The translations under genes and the position numbers were made by a program. From a virus: 64,000 bases of DNA. The stretch lies in the IMG/VR virus record IMGVR_UViG_3300025305_003938, positions 16,439-80,438 of that record; one strand, written 5' to 3'. Under the pieces are notes generated by a model. It worked only from the letters and a program-made list of their open reading frames with translations, did no database searches and was not told where the DNA came from. Positions 8,792 to 16,533 of this stretch are shown in pieces; positions within the stretch are counted from its first letter, which is position 1; the number at the start of each line of letters is the position of its first letter.

Positions 8792-9109
8792 GGGGGTGAC
8801 TAGGTATCGACAGGGTATAAAATATTGAATGGTGCAAGCTGTGCAACTACTGAATATAACACATAAAACTTAATTCAGAACTATAATAACTGCCAATAAC
8901 GCAGATTACGATCTAGCCTTAACCGCTTAATCCTTGGTTGCTCTTCATACCAAGTGTCCAAGAAGAGTCTAATAAATAAAACGTTTGTTTTTTAGTTTTT
9001 GTCGGATTGAAAAAAAGCTAAAACAATTGCCACATTGTGGCCAAGCTTGTGAATGACCTGAAAATATGTATATTTCTGGACGACGGTGCAAGTCCGTCCA
9101 CCTCCACCA
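8792..9109 (+). ncRNA. ssrA: tmRNA; tag reading frame 8892-8930 encodes ANNADYDLALTA*
   Basis: 5' GGGGGTG pairs with 3' CACCTCC-ACCA and includes the G3:U70 Ala determinant. T-arm GACGG/CCGTC. ATAACT-GCC resume context. 318 nt. Confidence 0.9.
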
Positions 9110-9160
9110 TATTAAAAGGCGTTTCCACCTTTCATAGACTACTTACTATGGAGGGTGGAT

Positions 9161-9703
9161 ATGTCCAAAATTACATTAACCTGTCCTATATGTGGGATGC
9201 ATTTTGATAGAAACAAAAAAGAATATAATAGAAGTCAAAGGGTTGGCCGGCCAAGTTATTGTTCTAGATCTTGTTCTGGTAAGGCCAATATTCAAAGTTT
9301 AGGACGCTATGTTGGCGACGACAGCCAGCTTCGGCTTCATGGATATAAACGAAAAGCAGATGAGTTTTCTAAATTTAGATATTTTTTAAGACGTATAAAA
9401 TCTAGAGATTATAAAAAAGGTAAAAGCGATATTGACTTACCCTATCTCAAAGAGTTATGGGTAAGTCAAGAAGGTAAGTGCCCTTTTACCGGATGGGATC
9501 TCATCCTTCCAAATAACTCATCGAAACGAAATGATAGATCCGCAATGAGAGCATCTATAGATAGAATTGATAACAATAAAGGTTATATAAAAGGAAATAT
9601 TCGTTATGTAGCTGTGATGGCTAACTACTGCCGAAATTCTTTTTCTGATGATGAAGTTAAGATGTTTTGCGAAGCAGTTGTAAGAAATAGAAATATATTA
9701 TGA
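9161..9703 (+). CDS. Putative homing (HNH-like) endonuclease with zinc fingers
   Basis: CPICG, CSRSC, WxxQxGxCPFTG, SIDRIDNNKGYIKGNI. GGAGGG SD favours ATG 9161. Confidence 0.7.
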   Translation: MSKITLTCPICGMHFDRNKKEYNRSQRVGRPSYCSRSCSGKANIQSLGRYVGDDSQLRLHGYKRKADEFSKFRYFLRRIKSRDYKKGKSDIDLPYLKELWVSQEGKCPFTGWDLILPNNSSKRNDRSAMRASIDRIDNNKGYIKGNIRYVAVMANYCRNSFSDDEVKMFCEAVVRNRNIL

Positions 9704-10251
9704 AGAAGATCTTATTATATATAATATTAATATTAATAATACCTAATACTATATTAGCTGGTAATTTAATTACTAACTTTTCTAGAATTCATGCAATAGA
9801 CTCTCAGCCATATAAAATTGGTAAATGGATCGATATTCCTCAGATTGTTGTTTGCAGTACTGCTCCCATCACCCTAGAAGGTGTAAAGGCCGCAATCGAT
9901 TGGTGGACTAAAAGGGGTCACAAACTTAATAAAAATATTATATTTAAGAATAAAGAAGCTGATATTATATGTAATGAAGCTACTCCTATAGGTTATATAA
10001 CAATTGATATAGGAGATGAGAATACATTACAAAAAGACACCTCTCTGGGCACTTCATATGTCTCAGTATTAGATCCAATTGGTGAAATCGTATGGACCAG
10101 AATATATCTTAAATTTACTCCCAATCCAATGGTCTTAGAACATGAACTAGGTCATGGTTTGGGATTTCTTCATTATAATAAAGTTGGCCATTTGATGCAT
10201 GAGAAGTGGGCTGAAAGCGGCTGGTCTGATATAGGCTTAAATTTAAAATAA
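9700..10251 (+). CDS. Matrixin-like (metzincin) metallopeptidase with signal peptide
   Basis: HELGHGLGFLH plus Met-turn LM, hydrophobic N-terminus. Confidence 0.8.
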   Translation: MKKILLYIILILIIPNTILAGNLITNFSRIHAIDSQPYKIGKWIDIPQIVVCSTAPITLEGVKAAIDWWTKRGHKLNKNIIFKNKEADIICNEATPIGYITIDIGDENTLQKDTSLGTSYVSVLDPIGEIVWTRIYLKFTPNPMVLEHELGHGLGFLHYNKVGHLMHEKWAESGWSDIGLNLK

Positions 10252-10300
10252 TTTGTGGGCTGCATAACTCGACACTAGTTAGCTGTGGAGGGCGCCCCAC

Positions 10301-11392
10301 TTGCGTAAAAAGAAGCTTAAAATTGGCCTTGTATCGGGTCATGATGAGAACATCTGGAGTAACGGCCTCGTACAGAATGTTTGGAACCTATATAGGCTTT
10401 TAAAATTAGCTGGTTACAACGTACATTGCGTATCTCAGAGTAGTAAGATAGCCGGGAAGAGCCTCTTTGACGCAAAGATCAAACCTCTACTAATAGAAAA
10501 TGCAAATCAATATGATCTCATTATTGAGATTGTCCACGGCCTCACAACTAAATTAGCAGACAGTTATGTTAAGAAGGGTGGCATAGTTGTTGGTGTACAG
10601 TATGGAAACAATCTCCTAATCCACACAGAAAATATGTTATTCAAGGACGATCTGCTTCCAAAGCATGAGACCAGAAGGTCCGAAATATGGACTAGCCCTC
10701 ACTACGATTTTGCAGTTCCAGCATATGAAATTTTAGAGAAAATGCCAGTTAAGACATGTCCATATGTTTGGGATTCAGATATATTTGATTTAGCATGCAA
10801 GAACAAAAAATATGATCCATTCTTCAAACAAGGGCAAGATATCAAAACATTTGCATCGTTCGAACCAAACATCAATATGGTGAAAACTAGTACAATTCCT
10901 ATATTAATTGCTGAAAAGTACGCCGATATGACCGGTGATTATGACAAAGACGTTTATATATTTGGAGCTGAGAAACTTAAAGGAAATCCAACGTTTATCG
11001 ATTTTATTCGCAAACTAGAATTACATAAAAAAAGAAAGATTTCTTTCGAAGGCCGTTGGCACACGCCCTTTGTAATGCATAAAGGTTTTGCGGACGTAAT
11101 TATATCACATCAGTGGCAAAATCACTTAAATTACCTACAGTTAGAAGCAATGTATACAAATAGGCCATGTGTTCATAATAACCCTAGGCTTGCAGAATAT
11201 GGGTCTTTTTATAATGAATTTGATGTTACTGAGGGCGCCTTGCAGTTGCAGAACGCTCTGGAGACTCATAATGAGAATTTTGAAGAGATATCAGAGATGA
11301 ACAGAGAACGCCTTTGGCGGTTCAGTCCGATAAACAAAAAAAATGTACAGGGATATAGCGAACTAATCGAGGAGCTGATGGATAAAAGATGA
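10301..11392 (+). CDS. DUF2827 family glycosyltransferase-like protein
   Basis: IWSNGLVQN, FEPNINMVKTS.IP, SHQWQNHLNYLQLE. TTG start with GGAGGG SD. Confidence 0.75.
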   Translation: MRKKKLKIGLVSGHDENIWSNGLVQNVWNLYRLLKLAGYNVHCVSQSSKIAGKSLFDAKIKPLLIENANQYDLIIEIVHGLTTKLADSYVKKGGIVVGVQYGNNLLIHTENMLFKDDLLPKHETRRSEIWTSPHYDFAVPAYEILEKMPVKTCPYVWDSDIFDLACKNKKYDPFFKQGQDIKTFASFEPNINMVKTSTIPILIAEKYADMTGDYDKDVYIFGAEKLKGNPTFIDFIRKLELHKKRKISFEGRWHTPFVMHKGFADVIISHQWQNHLNYLQLEAMYTNRPCVHNNPRLAEYGSFYNEFDVTEGALQLQNALETHNENFEEISEMNRERLWRFSPINKKNVQGYSELIEELMDKR

Positions 11393-12630
11393 AAAATGTA
11401 TTCACTAAAATACCAAGAACGGGTGTAATTTATGTTACACAAAGAGCCACGGCCGAAGGATTTTATCGCGGCCATCCGGAGTGGTGCAACTTGGGTCAAG
11501 GCCAACCGGAAATAGGAAAACTAGTAAATGGTGTCGATAGGATCGAAGAGATTAAAATAGATCCATTGGATCATGAATATTCTCCAATAAGTGGCTTAAA
11601 GCCCCTCCGCCAAGCAATTGCAGATCAGTATAATGCACTATACAGAAAAGGTAAAAAGTCTAAATACACATATGAGAACGTCTCAGTCTGCCCCGGCGGC
11701 CGCGCGGCTTTAACAAGAGTAGTGGCATCGATAGGAAATATCAACCTAGGCCACTTCATCCCGGATTATACTGCCTATGAAGAACTCTTAGCTTCATTTA
11801 GGACGTTCAATACAATCCCTATATTATTAGATCCAGAGAATGGATATAATATATCGACACAGGATCTTAAAAAAGAGATTCACGGCAGGGGATTAGGCGC
11901 GCTGCTAGTTTCGAATCCCTGCAATCCAACAGGAAAAGTAATATCAGCTGATTCTTTAAACAAATGGATCGAGCTGGGTAGGGAATTTGATTGTGTTATG
12001 CTCATGGACGAGTTTTATAGTAGCTACATATATTCAGGCGCAAAAACAAATAAAACATTGAGTTCTGCGGCTTATGTAGAAGATATCAATTCAGATCCAG
12101 TCGTCATAATTGATGGAATGTCTAAAAACTGGAGATATCCAGGCTGGCGTGTTGCTTGGGCGATTGGGCCCAAAAATATCATTAGTTCCATTAATAGTGC
12201 CGGCAGTTACTTGGATGGCGGCGCCGCAAGGCCTCTACAAAGAGCGTGCCTGCCACTATTCGAAGATAACAAGATAGCTGTAGAAACTGCAGCTATCCAA
12301 AACACCTTCCGGAAAAAGAGAAGAGTGCTCCTCGATGGATTACAGAATATTGGCGTTTTTTTCGAAAGAGAGCCCGAAGGAGCGTTTTACGCATGGGGTA
12401 ACATATCAAACCTCCCATCTTCCATCAACACCGGCCAGAACTTCCTTGAGGCGTGCCTGAAAGAGAAGGTAATTGTGGTACCCGGAGAGTATTTTGATGT
12501 CAACCCGGGAAAGAGAAGAGACAACAAGTCTAGATTCGCCAATCACATACGTTTTTCTTTCGGACCATCTGAAGATGTGATCGAAGAAGCCATTGGAAGA
12601 TTGGAAAAGGTAATTCAGAGAGAGGGATGA
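11389..12630 (+). CDS. PLP-dependent aminotransferase class I/II
   Basis: NLGQGQPE, SNPCNPTG, DEFY, SKNWRYPGWR (PLP lysine). Confidence 0.9.
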   Translation: MKNVFTKIPRTGVIYVTQRATAEGFYRGHPEWCNLGQGQPEIGKLVNGVDRIEEIKIDPLDHEYSPISGLKPLRQAIADQYNALYRKGKKSKYTYENVSVCPGGRAALTRVVASIGNINLGHFIPDYTAYEELLASFRTFNTIPILLDPENGYNISTQDLKKEIHGRGLGALLVSNPCNPTGKVISADSLNKWIELGREFDCVMLMDEFYSSYIYSGAKTNKTLSSAAYVEDINSDPVVIIDGMSKNWRYPGWRVAWAIGPKNIISSINSAGSYLDGGAARPLQRACLPLFEDNKIAVETAAIQNTFRKKRRVLLDGLQNIGVFFEREPEGAFYAWGNISNLPSSINTGQNFLEACLKEKVIVVPGEYFDVNPGKRRDNKSRFANHIRFSFGPSEDVIEEAIGRLEKVIQREG

Positions 12631-12731
12631 TGCTAGGTAAGATTTTCTTTACAACTGCATCTTTAATTGTTATTCTACTTTTAGCAACCATGCTGACAGA
12701 TGAAGGAAGTCCCACCAGATGGAAGAAGTAA
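12627..12731 (+). CDS. Small membrane peptide (34 aa)
   Basis: Read manually: MMLGKIFFTTASLIVILLLATMLTDEGSPTRWKK. Overlaps the upstream stop. Confidence 0.4.
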   Translation: MMLGKIFFTTASLIVILLLATMLTDEGSPTRWKK

Positions 12732-12967
12732 CTGAGCCAACACCCCACGTTGATGGGCCCCCATGGACCATCGCCGCGCGCTTCGCAGAATTCGAAGAAG
12801 CTGATCGAAAGAGGAAAGAACTAGCCCAAGAGGAAGATCTGCAAGTAAAAGTGCACTATATGACACCTTTGCGCAAAGATCCCTTCTTTGCCGTAAAGAC
12901 AAGGATAGATCCAACTTCTCAGTTGACAACAACTAAAAATAAGAAGAACAAGAAAAGAAAATCTTGA
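12719..12967 (+). CDS. Hypothetical protein with basic tail
   Basis: ORF track, AAGGA SD. Confidence 0.6.
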   Translation: MEEVTEPTPHVDGPPWTIAARFAEFEEADRKRKELAQEEDLQVKVHYMTPLRKDPFFAVKTRIDPTSQLTTTKNKKNKKRKS

Positions 12968-12992
12968 CAACTAGTCATTTAAGCGCTATTAT
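12964..12992 (+). promoter_or_regulatory. Sigma70-type promoter, probably producing a leaderless mRNA
   Basis: TTGACA-N17-TATTAT. The ATG at 12999 sits at the predicted +1. Confidence 0.65.
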
Positions 12993-12998
12993 GGTGGC

Positions 12999-13523
12999 AT
13001 GATTCGTAGTGAGACTAGACGAGAGCGTTATAACGGAAAACTAGTCGATGCAAAGACGTACCCGATATCTCTTTGTGCCATCAATTTTATGTTCGATGAC
13101 AACATTGGGTACTTGATCCGCGCCGCAGCCTGCTTTGGCGCCAAAAAATTGCATGTAATAGGCAGAATGCCCCTGAGAGGCGCTGTGAAAGCCACTAGCG
13201 GCAGTCTGTATGACTACGTAGATATTGAACCTCACAGTTCACCAACGGCATTCTTAGAGCGGATGACAGAGGAAAATGTGCAATTAATTTGTGCGGAACT
13301 GGCTAATAGCGCCGTTTCCATTGAAAATTTCAATTTTTCCTATGAAAAAGAGATATGCATCGTCGTTGGTAACGAAACAACAGGAATTCCACCGGAGATT
13401 CTAAAGAAAAGTCAGAATATATTTATTCCAATGCCCGGTGTGGGATTTTGTTTGAATACTGCGCAAGCAGCGAACATCATGTTATACGAAACTGTTAAAC
13501 AATATGAAAGGTTAAACAAATGA
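12999..13523 (+). CDS. SpoU/TrmH family RNA 2'-O-methyltransferase
   Basis: NIGYLIRAAACFG, VGNETTGI, IPMPG...LNTAQAANIMLYE (SPOUT motifs). Confidence 0.9.
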   Translation: MIRSETRRERYNGKLVDAKTYPISLCAINFMFDDNIGYLIRAAACFGAKKLHVIGRMPLRGAVKATSGSLYDYVDIEPHSSPTAFLERMTEENVQLICAELANSAVSIENFNFSYEKEICIVVGNETTGIPPEILKKSQNIFIPMPGVGFCLNTAQAANIMLYETVKQYERLNK

Positions 13524-13747
13524 GTTTTAAAATTGAAAGAGTGGAGAATGGCTGGATGGCCACCCAAAATGCAGATATGTGGGTTTTTCAGGACGAAGAC
13601 GGAGAAGTCGAAGAGAGGCTATCTGAATCTGAAAGCCTAGGCCGAACGCTAGAATTTTTATTTTCTGATTTCTTGCAATCGAAAGAAAATGGTGGTATAG
13701 TCTTGGGACACACTAGCGAGAGTTTAGAAGTAAATGAAGAGTCTTAA
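13520..13747 (+). CDS. Small acidic hypothetical protein
   Basis: ORF track, KIERVENGW start motif. Confidence 0.6.
   Translation: MSFKIERVENGWMATQNADMWVFQDEDGEVEERLSESESLGRTLEFLFSDFLQSKENGGIVLGHTSESLEVNEES
13673..13701 (+). promoter_or_regulatory. Sigma70-type promoter
   Basis: TTGCAA-N17-TATAGT with extended -10 TG, upstream of ORF 13734 and tRNA-Arg. Confidence 0.5.
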
Positions 13748-14000
13748 GCTAATATTAATAGCAATGCTGTTTTCGACCGGTTGCGCGCATGGCGTGATAT
13801 ATCAATTGAGTTTCAGCGCTGTCCCCACTTTGTCTGGGAACTGCAATCATTCATTCCCGATTAAAGGGAACGATGGTAACTATGGTTTTATATACCACAC
13901 ACATGAGAGCCCCTACTATGATAGGGTGTTGGCCGAACAGTGTTTCGCCGACGAAGCTACTGCAAGAAAGTTGGGATATCGTAGATATAAGCACCCGTAG
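13734..14000 (+). CDS. Putative lipoprotein/secreted small protein
   Basis: Signal peptide ending FSTGC; PIKGN...IYH....YY......CF......A...GYR small domain. Confidence 0.65.
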   Translation: MKSLKLILIAMLFSTGCAHGVIYQLSFSAVPTLSGNCNHSFPIKGNDGNYGFIYHTHESPYYDRVLAEQCFADEATARKLGYRRYKHP

Positions 14001-14068
14001 CTCAGTCTGGATAGAGCAACGGTTTTCTACACCGTTGGTCGCAGGTTCGAATCCTGCCGGGTGTGCCA
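13991..14068 (+). tRNA. tRNA-Arg(TCT)
   Basis: Full cloverleaf, anticodon arm ACGGT-TTTCTAC-ACCGT, encoded CCA. Confidence 0.95.
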
Positions 14069-14084
14069 CCCTTCACTTTTCATT

Positions 14085-14423
14085 ATGATCAAACTAGAGA
14101 AAATCTTATTATTTACTATTTGTGTGATCCTCGCGATCATTCTTCGTGTTACTTGTGTGGGCGCCCAAGAAACTACAGCAAAACTTGATAAAGACACGTG
14201 CTTTGCATTATTTCAGCAAATCATAGAAACTCAGAATACTAGGCGAGCCTATCAGCTTGGATTCGAAGAAACGCTCCTCCGCCACGAAGAAAACAAAATT
14301 TCGAAAGAGCAGTACGATGCTTACCTTACTACTTGGAAAGACAAGGAAAATGAGTTAAGAACCAAGGTCACAGCGCTTTATAATCATGCATATGCCGGGA
14401 GCTGCTTCAACTATAAAAAGTAA
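14085..14423 (+). CDS. Secreted/membrane-anchored helical protein
   Basis: Start moved to ATG 14085 (outside the tRNA), hydrophobic N-terminus. Confidence 0.6.
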   Translation: MIKLEKILLFTICVILAIILRVTCVGAQETTAKLDKDTCFALFQQIIETQNTRRAYQLGFEETLLRHEENKISKEQYDAYLTTWKDKENELRTKVTALYNHAYAGSCFNYKK

Positions 14424-14467
14424 TTTGAATTTTTCGAATACTATTATATTATGAGAAGGGGCCGCAT

Positions 14468-14722
14468 ATGAAAATCACAGAAAAAATAAAAAAAGAGATA
14501 ATTCTTAAAGCCATGGCCGAGTTCGGAAGTGAACCCGACTGGTATATAAAAAATAGTTCAGATATGGGCCTCACTCTCTACGCCGACTGCTGGGAAAACA
14601 CAGATTTGTCTGGAAAACTAAGAATCGACTTGCCTGAAAGGTACCATGGATTAAGAACAGTGGTACTTCACAGAGAATCCCCGTCTTACGCGGAACCCGA
14701 AGGTAAAAAATTTACAATTTAG
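14468..14722 (+). CDS. Hypothetical protein
   Basis: ORF track, AGGGG SD. Confidence 0.6.
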   Translation: MKITEKIKKEIILKAMAEFGSEPDWYIKNSSDMGLTLYADCWENTDLSGKLRIDLPERYHGLRTVVLHRESPSYAEPEGKKFTI

Positions 14723-14723
14723 T

Positions 14724-14752
14724 TTGACATATGCTTGGTTTGATCTTATAAT
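14724..14752 (+). promoter_or_regulatory. Consensus sigma70 promoter
   Basis: TTGACA-N17-TATAAT, perfect match. Confidence 0.85.
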
Positions 14753-14768
14753 AAAGCAGAGGTTATAA

Positions 14769-15269
14769 ATGAGTAAAAAAACAATTGTGGTTAGTGGCGG
14801 TTTCGATCCGGTACATGTTGGCCATGTAAGAATGATTCGTGCAGCGGCCGAGTATGGAGATGTGATTGTTGTTATCAACAGTGACGACTGGCTCATGAGG
14901 AAAAAGGGTTATATCTTTATGCCATGGAATCAACGCCGCGAAATCATTGAATCGATAATTGGAGTACACGAAGTTGCAACTGTAGATGATACAGATGGCA
15001 CTGTGTGCGAGGCGTTAAAAAGGCTGCAGCCGGCATTGTTTGGAAATGGTGGAGATCGTACAAATAAAAATACTCCGGAAATGCAAGTTTGTGAAGACTT
15101 GGACATCGATATGCTCTGGGCTCTAGGCGGTGACAAGGTTCAAAGTAGTTCTGTATTAGTTGCAGATGCTGTAGGCCTGCAGCCCTCCGTACATGAAGAA
15201 AATAGCTTGACAACTCCATCTGAATCCTATATACTAACACCAGAACATATGATTGGGGAAGAACGATGA
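14769..15269 (+). CDS. Cytidylyltransferase family protein (TagD/RfaE-II-like)
   Basis: VSGGFDPVHVGH, NSDDWLMRKKG, NGGDR, KVQSSS. Confidence 0.85.
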   Translation: MSKKTIVVSGGFDPVHVGHVRMIRAAAEYGDVIVVINSDDWLMRKKGYIFMPWNQRREIIESIIGVHEVATVDDTDGTVCEALKRLQPALFGNGGDRTNKNTPEMQVCEDLDIDMLWALGGDKVQSSSVLVADAVGLQPSVHEENSLTTPSESYILTPEHMIGEER

Positions 15270-15622
15270 AATTTAATCTAGAAACTCAACCCGACGCCGG
15301 CGCCTATTTCATCAACTTTACACACGTGAAGGGTGGAAATTACTATCATGCGTATGTTAGGTTAGACGATGTGGTTTCCTGGGAATCGGAGATAGTAACA
15401 TATGCAGATTCTGCAGAGAAGCGCTCCGCACATAGTAATGGTCAAGAAAACTGGGTTTTAACCACGAATCACAGATCTTACAAAACGGTTCAAAATTTTA
15501 ATGAAATTATGGACACGTGCAATTGGCACTCACCCCGAACGACATCGGTCGGCTCGCCCACTGGAAGATTAGATGATGTGACTGTTGCTAATAGAAAGGA
15601 ATCCCATGGAAAACTTTCGTAG
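15266..15622 (+). CDS. Hypothetical protein
   Basis: ORF track, ATGA coupling. Confidence 0.6.
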   Translation: MKFNLETQPDAGAYFINFTHVKGGNYYHAYVRLDDVVSWESEIVTYADSAEKRSAHSNGQENWVLTTNHRSYKTVQNFNEIMDTCNWHSPRTTSVGSPTGRLDDVTVANRKESHGKLS

Positions 15623-15884
15623 TATCATATCGAGTTCATTAATGCGATTAAACAATTTTATCATCATGTCTGCAGCTTGGTTGCTAATGTTTGCTATTGT
15701 TTCTTGTTACGTCGTTACAATGTCTGGAACAATCTCTTATATTTGTAATTCATATAAGATGGACGGATATATGGATATTCGTTTTGGTATGACTGTGTTT
15801 GTGGCGATTGTTGGCCTAGTTTGGGTACCCTATTATATTAAGGATATCTCTAGATTCATCTTCGTACGAGATCACAGACAATAA
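15606..15884 (+). CDS. Two-TM membrane protein
   Basis: AAGGA SD before ATG 15606, two hydrophobic segments. Confidence 0.6.
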   Translation: MENFRSIISSSLMRLNNFIIMSAAWLLMFAIVSCYVVTMSGTISYICNSYKMDGYMDIRFGMTVFVAIVGLVWVPYYIKDISRFIFVRDHRQ

Positions 15885-15885
15885 T

Positions 15886-15961
15886 AGGCAGGTAGCTCAG
15901 TTGGTAGAGCAGTGCCTTTACACGGCACCGGCCGCAGGTTCGAATCCTGTCCTGCCTACCA
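15886..15961 (+). tRNA. tRNA-Val(TAC)
   Basis: Cloverleaf, GTGCC-TTTACAC-GGCAC, CCA end. Confidence 0.95.
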
Positions 15962-16315
15962 TTAAATAATAGTTGTAGAAATTCCAGCTTTCTTTGCATC
16001 GATTTGAAGTTGCAAAGTTTCAGCATATTCTCTGAATACGTCTGATGTGTTGAGAGTGATTCTCATTTTATTAAGAATAAGTTGTGTTGTCGGCGGGTAG
16101 TAAGCTTTTTGCCGGCCAATCATTTGATTCAATTCTTGGACTTTATCGTGTGCGTAATAAAATGCGCGCCCTGGTTCTCTAGTGTTAACGAAATCTAATC
16201 CGCGTTGTGCTTCTTCTAAGAAATCTAATATTCTTTTATTTTGCGCGTTCGTTGGTTCCGGCGCATTATCGAAAAATCTGAGATAACTAAAAAGGTTTTG
16301 AATGTTGTTGGCCAT
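15962..16315 (-). CDS. Hypothetical protein (one of two minus-strand genes)
   Basis: ORF track, occupies an otherwise empty region, divergent AT-rich upstream region. Confidence 0.65.
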   Translation of the reverse strand: MANNIQNLFSYLRFFDNAPEPTNAQNKRILDFLEEAQRGLDFVNTREPGRAFYYAHDKVQELNQMIGRQKAYYPPTTQLILNKMRITLNTSDVFREYAETLQLQIDAKKAGISTTII

Positions 16316-16469
16316 ATTCTCTTGGTTTCCTTGTGTAGTCTAATTATTTTTAAAAAAAACAAATAGCCGTTTTTTTCCCATCTTGTTGAATTATAACGGC
16401 ATTATTTTTACAATGACATAAACGAAAAAAAAATAAAAGAGAATAGATTTTCATACGTCTATGTAATGC

Positions 16470-16504
16470 GAGTGGTCCGTGTCTTTGCGGGCATGGGTAC
16501 ACTC
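16470..16504 (+). promoter_or_regulatory. 5'-UTR stem-loop
   Basis: GAGTG/CACTC outer stem and CCGTGTCT/GGGCATGG inner stem around a TTGC loop, just upstream of the TAAGGAG SD. Confidence 0.5.
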
Positions 16505-16533
16505 ATTTACCATAAATAAGGAGAAAATAAATT

